From Convolutriloba macropyga (taxonomy: Eukaryota), in the NCBI RefSeq assembly GCF_964194025.1, contig NC_134478.1, positions 45,942,001 through 46,006,000 on the forward strand: DNA of 64,000 bases, given 5' to 3'. The position numbers were made by a program, and so were the translations under genes. How positions within the stretch are numbered: the first letter of the stretch is position 1; the number at the start of each line of letters is the position of its first letter. Below, in pieces: positions 1-8,921 of this stretch. The notes beneath the pieces are model-generated. The model was not told the origin of the DNA and made no database searches. It saw only the letters and a list, made by a program, of their open reading frames with translations.

Positions 1-312
1 CGACCCCCCTTACAAATCGTTATTATATATCACGTAACCGTAGAAAATATAAAACGTGCGCTGGGGCTTAAAAGTTTTGCCCTCTTAGTTGCGGGTGGAA
101 CATATTAGGTAGAAATTTTGGCATCTTTTCTGTTTGTGACCCAAAGCAAAAAGTTAGGATGCGCCGAAGATTGAGCAGTTTTATATAGCATGTGCTGCTT
201 CACGAGAATTGTAACCAATCAACTCAACGCTACTGTGGTAAGTTGGGATGCGCTCATTTTATAGCGCGTGATTAGTTCTGACTCTGGGTTCTCCATTAAT
301 GATTTAATGAAT

Positions 313-412
313 ATTGCCACACGGTTGTTATCGCCACCGAGAAGTTATCAAACTCCGAGGCGAAGCCGAGGTGTTATGATAACTTCGAGGGCGATAACGA
401 CCGTGTGGTAAT
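313..412. repeat. Imperfect hairpin/palindrome with central CCGAGGCGAAGCCGAGG
   Basis: Left arm ATTGCCACACGGTTGTTATCGCCACCGAGAAGTTATCA (313-350) is the near reverse complement of TGATAACTTCGAGGGCGATAACGACCGTGTGGTAAT (377-412). Confidence 0.85.
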
Positions 413-551
413 TTTTTAATCAACACCTGTTGCGATCATTTCAAAACAACACAGTTTTATTGGTTTTTCCTTTTCATTTTTTGGGGACAATTACATTTTC
501 AAAGGTAAGTGATATTTCTTCGGATCTGTTCTTCCTTTTGTCCTCATGCGC

Positions 552-941
552 CCCCTCCCCCCCCCCTCCCCCCACACACACACACTTACAAACACACATA
601 CACTTGCACACACACACATACGCACGCACACAAGTACACACGCACACACAAACATACGGACACACACACACAAACACACGCACACAGATNNNNNNNNNNN
701 NNNNNNNNNNNNNNNNNNNNNNNNNNNNNNNNNNNNNNNNNNNNNNNNNNNNNNNNNNNNNNNNNNNNNNNNNNNNNNNNNNNNNNNNNNNNNNNNNNNN
801 NNNNNNNNNNNNNNNNNNNNNNNNNNNNNNNNNCACGCACAAAAGTACACACGCACCCACGCTCACACGCACACTCAAATGCGCGCGCACGCACACACAC
901 ATACGCACACACGCACACACACACACATCCCCTCACAATAA

Positions 942-972
<31 letters not shown>

Positions 973-1245
973 GCACACACATGCATAAACACACACACGC
1001 ACGCACAGAAACACACAACACTCACACNNNNNNNNNNNNNNNNNNNNNNNNNNNNNNNNNNNNNNNNNNNNNNNNNNNNNNNNNNNNNNNNNNNNNNNNN
1101 NNNNNNNNNNNNNNNNNNNNNNNNNNNNNNNNNNNNNNNNNNNNNNNNNNNNNNNNNNNNNNNNNNNNNNNNNNNNTAAACACACGCACGCACGCACAGA
1201 AACACACAAAACAGAGGCTCGCACACGCACGCACAAACACACACC
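552..1245. repeat. Degenerate (CA)n/(CACG)n simple repeat with two assembly gaps (N 690-833, N 1028-1176)
   Basis: Read directly. The ORFs here are His/Thr or Val/Cys low-complexity artefacts. Confidence 0.95.
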
Positions 1246-1284
1246 AAGTTTTTTTAGACAACAATGTTATCAAACTGTTTCCAT

Positions 1285-1377
1285 CATTAGACTACGAGTT
1301 TATCACCACTCTTTTATCGCCACTGGTTACTTAGTAACAGTGGCGATAAAAGAGTGTGATAAACTCGTAGTCTAATG
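1285..1377. repeat. Near-perfect 93 bp palindrome
   Basis: CATTAGACTACGAGTTTATCAC(C)ACTCTTTTATCGCCACTG(G)TTACT / AGTAACAGTGGCGATAAAAGAGTGTGATAAACTCGTAGTCTAATG; arms are complementary apart from single-base bulges. Confidence 0.9.
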
Positions 1378-1588
1378 CTGAAGTGTTTTTCCAGTGTCGA
1401 TCGGACATTAAACTTTATTACACTGGCAGTTTATTTAACTGCTTTTATCGCAACAAGTGTTGATTAATCTTATTTCATTTGAATTTTGATTTTTCTTATG
1501 CGCAATACTTGGCCTGGCCGCTCTCCTAGTTCTGTGACAGGGGCTTTTTGCAGCAGCCACAAACACCAGAACGCTGACAAAATTTGCA

Positions 1589-2181
1589 GGGTCTTTCCTA
1601 ATATAGCCCCACGTGAAGTTATAACCCCCCACCCGGATCTTTTCCGTTTGTGCCCCCAGTACGTTATGCACGTGCGTCTGGCGGGTGCAAATAATATGCA
1701 CACACTAAGCTGGGGTAGGGGCATAAACGGAAAAGATCCCCCATTATGGTATAATTACCATGATTGGGGGCTATAGGTTATCTGACCATTAAGCTGGGGG
1801 GCTATAATGGGAAAGACCCAATTTGTCTCCAGTGTGTTATCCAATTGGTCTTTTCCATCATAGCCCCCTTGGATATATAGCCCCCATTAAGGTATATTTA
1901 TCATGAGGAAGGCTATAGGTTATCTGACCACTAAGGGGGGTATAACGAGAAGGACTCATTCATTTATATGACTAATATTACCAACGGGAAATAACATTAA
2001 CATAGACCAGAATTAGGGTCTTTCCCATTATAGCCCCCCTCCAGCTTAGTGGTCAGATAACCTATACCCCCCCCATCATGGTAATTATACTATAATGGGG
2101 GCTATGATCTCATGGGGGGCTATGATCTCATGGGGGGCTATAATGGGAAAGACCCAATTCGGGCTATAATGGGAAAGACCC
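1589..2181. mobile_element. MITE family B (TIR GGGTCTTTCCCATTATAGCCCCC), three clustered copies (1589-1819, ~1846-1959, 2016-2155) plus an extra TIR
   Basis: Each copy is bounded by GGGTCTTTCCCATTATAGCCCC...GGGGCTATAATGGGAAAGACCC and shares the internal CTATAGGTTATCTGACCA(C/T)TAAG; non-coding. Confidence 0.75.
1635..1739. mobile_element. MITE family A (TIR GGATCTTTTCCGTTTGTGCCCC), nested inside a family B copy
   Basis: GGATCTTTTCCGTTTGTGCCCC ... GGGGCATAAACGGAAAAGATCC; internal GCACGTGCGTCTGG and CTAAGCTGGGG motifs. Confidence 0.8.
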
Positions 2182-2194
2182 AATAGCCCCCCAT

Positions 2195-2624
2195 GGATCT
2201 ATTCTGTCCTCCCTCCCCCCCCCCAGCTTAGTGAGCATAAATATTTTATGACCCCCAGACGCACGTGCTATTTCCTTACATAGTAACGTGCTGTATAACA
2301 ACATAGAATTTGTAACTGGGGGTCATAGAAAACACTGGGGGACGAAACAGAAAAGATCCTTTTTCTGTTTGTGGAGTGGAGTCTGTTGTATTTTTACCCT
2401 TTGGCTCTTCATAGTGTTAGAACATAAATTTCAGCCCAACCAATTATGAGTTCTGTGATTAGTCAATGAGTTTCAATATCTTATCTGTCTGTGCCCGCAT
2501 CTTAGTGGGAGCAAAATTTTTGCACACTCTAAGCACACGTGCCATTTTTTGCAATGATTTTCTACGTTAAGGCACCTGTGTATTTGGGGGGTGCATAAAG
2601 TATGGGGGAAAACTGAAAAGATCC
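2195..2624. mobile_element. Two further MITE family A copies (2195-2359; ~2476-2624)
   Basis: GGATCTATTCTG...CAGAAAAGATCC and ...CTGAAAAGATCC ends, with CAGCTTAGTG and GCACGTG internal motifs. Confidence 0.7.
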
Positions 2625-3133
2625 TTGTTTTCATTTGGATTGCTCCAATTTGCAATTCTCTTTTGCCTGAAGAAAGAGTTAAGTGCGGTTTCATTGCTGT
2701 TTCATTGCGGTTTCATTAAGCAAGAGATATTACAGTTTCACTGTTTTTATACAATTGAAATTGTTAGAAAGAGGTTGCCTCAGAAGTTGTGATATCGATT
2801 AATAATCTTAAAGTATGAAGAGTAGGGATAGTTACTACTTGCAAACCTTTTAATTGGATACCAAAGTTTCATCCAATTTTCAAACATTGGAGTGGAACTT
2901 GATGTATTTTTACCCATTGGAGCTCTAAAAAGTTAAAACTTACATCATGCCCCCTCGGGCACTGTACCTAGCTATCTGAAGCAAGCGCCCTCGTGTCAAA
3001 GCAGTAAGTCCCTCGGGTTGATAAGATTTAGATGTCAACATATTAAATAGTGTCTTTTCAAAATTTGAATGAATGGCCTTGTACTGGAGACTTCCAATGG
3101 GAAGGTTTTAGAGACAAGCCTTGTATGTAACGA

Positions 3134-3714
3134 ATGAGGTATCATATATTCAAACCTGCACCCACAAGCCACCTTTTTATAGCCGATTTACGAGCTCGGG
3201 AATTGGAATTTGGGAACTTCAATATCCTCTCTCTCCCCGATGGACAAATCCAACACTTCTACAAATTTATTCCAGCTAGAGATCTTTCTGGGTGGAAACA
3301 ATTTGTATAACGGAACTGACGATTCGGAAGCTGACATAGAAGAAATTGCAAACGATCTTGTTGAGTTAGCAAATAAATTTACAACTGTTGCGAAAAAAGT
3401 ATTTGTCATCGGAATACCCCCGCGTGGTGAAATTTTTGCCAGAGCTCAATCCTTAGACGATTTACTCAAACAAAAGACGGACGTCAGCTGGAAATTTCGT
3501 AGCTCCAATCACTATCTCAAAAGCGAAAAGTGTCGAAAAATCGGAGACGAAGTGCATTTGAACGAAAACGGAATCAACAATCTAAAAAATTTGCTCAAAG
3601 ATAACAAACATTCTTTACAAATTTTACGACCCAGAGTTACAACGAAAAGGTAACGGCCGAAAGATTGAGTGCCACAGTTCCGAATTTTGCAATTGTGGTT
3701 CCTTCAGTGGATAG
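3134..3714 (+). pseudogene. SGNH/GDSL-type esterase-like ORF (two frameshifts), probably an accessory ORF of the LINE
   Basis: Joined frames read MRYHIFKPAPTSHLFIADLRAR...ILSLPDGQ / IFLGGNNL...KKVFVIGIPPRG...GDEVHLNENG / ...ECHSSEFCNCGSFSG*. These resemble SGNH blocks I (GDS-like, here ADL), II (PG-like), III (GxND-like) and V (DxxH). Confidence 0.7.
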
Positions 3715-3744
3715 TCAAAGCGTTTGTTTTCCCTTTTCGTTCTC

Positions 3745-3850
3745 TGCTCGCAGTGACCTTCAGGTTACATAGACAAAGAAAGAAACCTTTTTTTTTGCTC
3801 GCAGTGACCTTATCGCAGTGATACTTTGCTTGCAGTGACCTTCAGGTTAA
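3745..3850 (+). repeat. Short tandem GCTCGCAGTGACCTT repeats between LINE ORFs
   Basis: Four related copies (3746, 3797, 3815, 3828). Confidence 0.7.
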
Positions 3851-3906
3851 ACAGAGACAAAGACTAAATTTGCGAGGCATTATTTGAAAGCAAAATCATT
3901 TCAATA

Positions 3907-4798
3907 ATGACAAAACCCAATGAAAATACGCCAGTCCCTAAAAGTAGTAACAGCAAAACAAACGAGCAAAAACACGAAAGTTGTGCAACTTGCTCTGGCG
4001 AAATCAACAAACACAAATTTTGTTGCGTTCACTGTCAATAAACTTTGTGCCTAAAACCAGAGTGTATTGGTTTCGATAAAAGTTGTATCGACATGCTAAT
4101 CAAATATGAGAAAAACTTACCACATTTGTAATGAATGCGCCGGGAAAAAGGCAACACGAAGAACTCCACGAAAAAATTTCAAACTTTGCGTACAGTATAG
4201 AGCAAACTAACATATCTCTGGATAACATGCAAGAGGAGATCAAAAGTCTCAAAAACCCAAATGAATTTTACGCAAGTGTTGCTGGAGCAAACAACGCCGG
4301 AAAAGTAGTGTACAAACCACAGACTTTCAATAAAAAAACTCTCGGAATTAGAATTAGGGGAGATAATGAGTCAAAATCCAAGGAGGCTGCTGACAGAATG
4401 CAAGAGGACCTCTGCCATGCAGAGCAAATATTAGAGCACCTAAACATCGAGGACAGAAAAATCACCAAACTTGAGACTTGGAAAATACAATTTTGAAAAC
4501 AAAAGAGAAAGAGTAATCCTTGTTCATACAGCAAGCGAACTTAGTAGGGATCTCATCCTGCAATCAGTCAGCCGCTTGAAAGACTATAAGTACAACGATC
4601 GATCAATTTATATGTCCTGAATTGTCATACGAGGACGCAAAAAAAAACAAAGCTTTGATGAAAAGGCGAGAACTAATAACTAGAGGAATAGATTCAAAAT
4701 TGCTACATATTCGGCATCTTGAACTCGAGAAGAAAGAAGGCGACAATTGGGTTATCATTCCAAACGTCAATGAAGAAAGTCAAACGAGTAAAGAATGA
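3907..4798 (+). pseudogene. LINE ORF1: PHD-like zinc finger, coiled coil, RRM/CTD-like region (disrupted)
   Basis: MTKPNENT...CATC...CVHC*..LCLKPEC...ICNEC, then a heptad-like region, LGIRIRG..ESKS, and C-terminal KRRELITRGIDSKLLHIR...KE* (TGA 4796-4798). Confidence 0.75.
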
Positions 4799-7600
4799 CT
4801 ACATAGAAGCGCTAAAGTACTCACCTTCAATGCTCGAAGCCTGCTAGATCTAAACAGACAAACAAGTTTCGCTTATAGTCTTTCAACTTGCGACTATGAC
4901 ATTGTGTGCATAACAGAAACATGGTTAACTGCTGAGGTCACCAACAAAGCACTATTTCTACCCTCTTATTTTATATATCGAAAAGATAGGAAAATCACTT
5001 ACTTCATAAGTGAACATGGGGGAGGAGTTCTAATTGCTGTAAAATCAACACGAAAATAAGGGTATTCCTTTAATCCATGATGACTTTATTGTTGTTATGA
5101 TCAACCTTTCAATGTCTTCTCTTATAATTTGTTGCATATACAATGCGCCCGAGCAATGCAACTTCCGGTGGGCAGTAAATGATTTCCTAAACCTTCCTGA
5201 AAAATTAAAAAACTATTGTGGACACCATTTCCTTAGTTGTGCTTACAGGTGACATCATTTTTACAGAAACTTCTTGGGCGAATATGTCTTCAACGGAAGA
5301 CTACGAATAATAATTTTTAGATCAATTTATTGAAAATAATCTCTCAAATGTAGCTCCAAGTCAACTAGATGTTTTTATGCAACAATCCAGAAACAGTTCT
5401 CAATTGTACCCACGACCGTGGCTGTTCAAGATTTTTAGTATTAATGACAAACCTTGCTCCGACCATTTTCCAATTTGCACTCAAATAAACCTCTTACTTG
5501 ATGCACCATTATTTCAAGCGTGTGACAAGTTTACCTATAATAATTACTGACTGGAAAGAGTTTAATTACTACCCTACAATTGACCCCTTACTCCTTTTTG
5601 CTACAGTGATCTCGATTTTCTTCTGGAACAATTCTACACATGGCTACGCAACAAAAAGAGAAAATATACAGCTTGTCACTAAACATCGGGCAAGTTTACA
5701 ACCTTGGATCTCAAATGGAACATCCCATGTGATAAGTTAAACACTAAAAAGCGAGTTGAAAAATCTAATCTCAGCTTCAAACTGAAGATTAAAAATTAGA
5801 AATAGAGGTTCGTAAAGCGGTTGATAATGATCTCTCAGTTTTTGAAGCCGAAATTTTTGAAAGCCGACAATTCAGCAAATTACAAAAATATCTTCATCAG
5901 TTCGCAAAAATCCACAAGTACCTCCTATAATGTTTTGGAAGGGTATGAAGCTAACCACAGATAGACGAAAAGCTGAGAGCTTCAACTTCTTCTTTGCGAG
6001 CGTCTAATCGAAAAACAGAAATACCAACATGCTCAAAACAAAACCTTAATTTCATCAAAGTTGATTCCACAAAAGTCAAAAACCTGCTCAAAGATCTTAA
6101 TATCCACAAGTCTACTGGACCAGACGGAATTGGAAATTCACTACTGAGAAATTGTAGTAGTTCAATAACAAAGTCAGTCACATTTTTGTACCAAACAATA
6201 ATGAATCAGAGAACCTGTCCTACATATTGGAAAGTAAGCCAAATAAGTCCCATTTTCAAAGACGGTAATAAATCAGATTTAACTTGCTACCGACCCATAA
6301 GTCTTTTAAACTGCATGTCCAAGGTACTCGAGAATTTTTTTTTGATGAAATATACGAACTAGTTAGACACAAACTCTGTGAAAATCAATTTGGCTTTAGG
6401 AAAAATCGATCGGCAACTTTGCAGTTACTATTATTTCTCGACAGTGTACAAAAAGGTTAATAATGAAGCGATCAAAGACCTAAGCATCTTATATCTTGAC
6501 TTTGCAAAAGTTTTTGACAATGTACCACATAATATTCTGATGCAAAAGCTTTATAACATTGGCGTTGGAGGGAAGTTAATTCAATTGATATCTTCGTATC
6601 TAACGAATCGCAAATGAAAATCAACAATGAGGTATCTGATTTAATAGAAGTCTCCAGTGGTGTCCCACAGGGTTCTATATTAGGACCTTTTTTCTTCATT
6701 ATTTTCATCAACGACTTATCTAAACACCTAACTGAAGTAATTTGCTATGGCTTTGCTGATGATATGAAACTGATAAGTGAGAAGCAATGCAATTCTGAAA
6801 CCGCAGTTTCTAGTTTGTCAATTTGGTGCAAAGAAAATCAAATGAGACTAAATTATAACAAAACTCATCTACTGAACATCAAGGGAAATATAACGGCGTC
6901 TATTGACAACCATGAGCTAGATCAAGTAAAAAATCAGCGAGATTTGGGCTCCAAGTTTCAGAAAACCTAAATTGGAATGAAAATTGCTCCCTTAGTAAAC
7001 GAAAAGGTTTGTGCTTTTTTCAAGCTTAAAAGAAATATTTCTCAAAAGTGTGAACAAAAATCTAAACTGAACGCTTTTTTAGGTTACGTTGTACCGGTAG
7101 TTATTGCTCACAAGCATGGTTTCCGAATTAGTCGCAAGTAAAATAAATTGAAAAGTTGCAAAAAATTGCCACAAAATGGATTTTGAGCGAAAAGCAGAGC
7201 TATTAACAGCGACTTGTTACCTTGAATTTGTTGCCTCTCAGCCTTTATATTGAAATGCACGACTTATTATACTTTTTTGCTGTAAAACAAGGTAAATACG
7301 ACGTTGAGCTATCGAACTTAGACAGTATACAGGGAAGTACCACTCGTCATTATAGCCGAGGAGAACTACAAATAAACAAAAATCGATTAGTAAGAAGCGA
7401 CGAAAATTTTTTCAACCGGACAAAAATTCTCTACAATTTAGTGCTAAAAATTTATTCAAATTATGATAGAAGCTTAAATAAAAATACAGTGTCAAAAATT
7501 TTTTGGCAATTTTTCTGCAATCAGTCCACAGAGGAAAACAAATGCACTTGGCGCATTGTATGCAAGTGTGGAAACTGCAACATTAATCAGAAACATGAAT
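4799..7600 (+). pseudogene. LINE ORF2, APE endonuclease + reverse transcriptase (disrupted)
   Basis: Motifs as listed for the element; C-terminal CTWRIVCKCGNC cysteine cluster. Confidence 0.9.
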
Positions 7601-7691
7601 ATGGACAATTGAATGGGAGCAATACCCTGAAGAACGAACTTCGAAGCCTAATCTACTACTGCTACTACTACTACTATATACACACAAGCAA

Positions 7692-8319
7692 GGATCTTGT
7701 GCCCCTCCACAGTTCGTTTTGCTCCCCCCCCCAAGTACGTTTTGCAAGACAGTTACAGAGCACGTGTCATTACATAGTTAATCATTATGTAAAAATAGGG
7801 CACGTTCGTCTGGGGGGCCACAAATAAGATGCACAACACTAAGCTGGTGGCGCAAACGGAAAAGGTCCGCAAGCACTTTGCTCTTTTTCAATGGGCCAAT
7901 GCTATCAGATTCACCAAGACAAAGAATAAACAATGGCGTCTATTCTATTTTGGTATCTAGTCAAAAGCTTCTAATGTCAGTGGTCCAATGTATTAGATCT
8001 ATGAGCAGATCTTGTTCTCAATTAGATCGTACATAGTTAAATTGTGATCAAGCTTGATCGTGTAAAAACTTGTTGATTGTTGAAATTCTTTGCTACGCCT
8101 AATTTAAAATATGTTTAAGGGTATAATTTGAAATAGGCGGGGAAATATACCAATTGTCCATCAGTTGACAAGAATTGGATCTATTATGCTGTTCCCGAGT
8201 GTTTTTATGCCCCCAATTACAATTTGTTATATAGCTCGTTACTGTAAAAAGCTCGTGCGCCTGGGGGCGTACAAGTCGTATGACCACTAAGTTGGGGGGG
8301 GGGCAAACTGAATAGATCT
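7692..8319. mobile_element. Two more MITE family A copies (7692-7868; 8177-8319); another partial copy at ~9050-9185
   Basis: GGATC-type ends (...CAAACGGAAAAGGTCC; ...CAAACTGAATAGATCT) and the shared internal CGTCTGGGGG...CACTAAG(C/T)TGG. Confidence 0.65.
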
Positions 8320-8329
8320 GGACCATCTT

Positions 8330-8921
8330 CCCCGCCTATTTCAATTTATACAAAAGAGACTTCGTTAGAACAATTTGGTGCTATGCTAGATCTTCCTCGC
8401 CCTTAACAGTATAGAGCAGCTCACCCAAAATTTATCTCTCAAAATTTTTAGTACGATCAGAACGATTGCTGAAGTTTATCTGAATGTTAAAACCAAAATC
8501 AGACATTTCTCATTGTGCCTTAAATTTTGAAGTCTTTTGTGGGTAGTTGAACAAAACTTCAAGGTTTATAGGAATTAGCGCCAGGTTCATAGTTCTTGTT
8601 TTTTAAACCTTCTTTCAATGGTAAGAACCGGATCTATTCTGCCCCCCCCCCCCCCCCCTTTGAAGTTTTGTTCAACTACCCACAAAAGAATTCAAAATTT
8701 GGAGGCACAATGAGAAATGTCTGATTTTGTGTTTGGATCATCCACGTGAATTTCAGCAATCTTCTTCAGATCATTTTAAGTAAAATTGTCCTGTTCGTAC
8801 TAATTATTTCGGAGAAATTATTTGGGTGAGCTGCGATATCCTTGTTATGGGCGAGAGATGTCTCGCGTAGCACCTAATTCTAACGAAATCTCTTTTGTAA
8901 GTATAATTTCAAATAGACGGG
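8330..8921. repeat. Long inverted repeat (~235-260 bp arms, ~100 bp spacer), foldback-like
   Basis: 8330-8562 (...CAAAATCAGACATTTCTCATTGTGCCT...CTTTTGTGGGTAGTTGAACAAAACTTCAA) is the reverse complement of 8660-8921 (TTGAAGTTTTGTTCAACTACCCACAAAAG...AGGCACAATGAGAAATGTCTGATTTTG...). Confidence 0.85.

Larger units (their letters stand above)
3134..7680 (+). mobile_element. Degenerate non-LTR retrotransposon (CR1/L2 group): SGNH ORF + PHD ORF1 + APE-RT ORF2 + (CTA)n tail
   Basis: APE motifs VLTFNARS, DIVCITETW, YRKDR, HGGGVLIAV, SDH. RT motifs KSTGPDGI, WKVSQISPIFK, YRPISLL, QFGFR, LDFAKVFD, SGVPQGSILGP, FADD. 3' CTACTACTGCTACTACTACTACTA tail. Many frameshifts and stops. The 5' boundary is uncertain. 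Confidence 0.9.

Noticed and set aside
430-1334. His/Thr- and Val/Cys-rich ORFs
   Set aside because: Translations of a (CA)n-type repeat and N gaps.
7600-7827. Extension of ORF 7222-7827 beyond the LINE C-terminus (YYCYYYYY...)
   Set aside because: Reads through the 3' UTR, the (CTA)n tail and an adjacent MITE; not genuine protein sequence.
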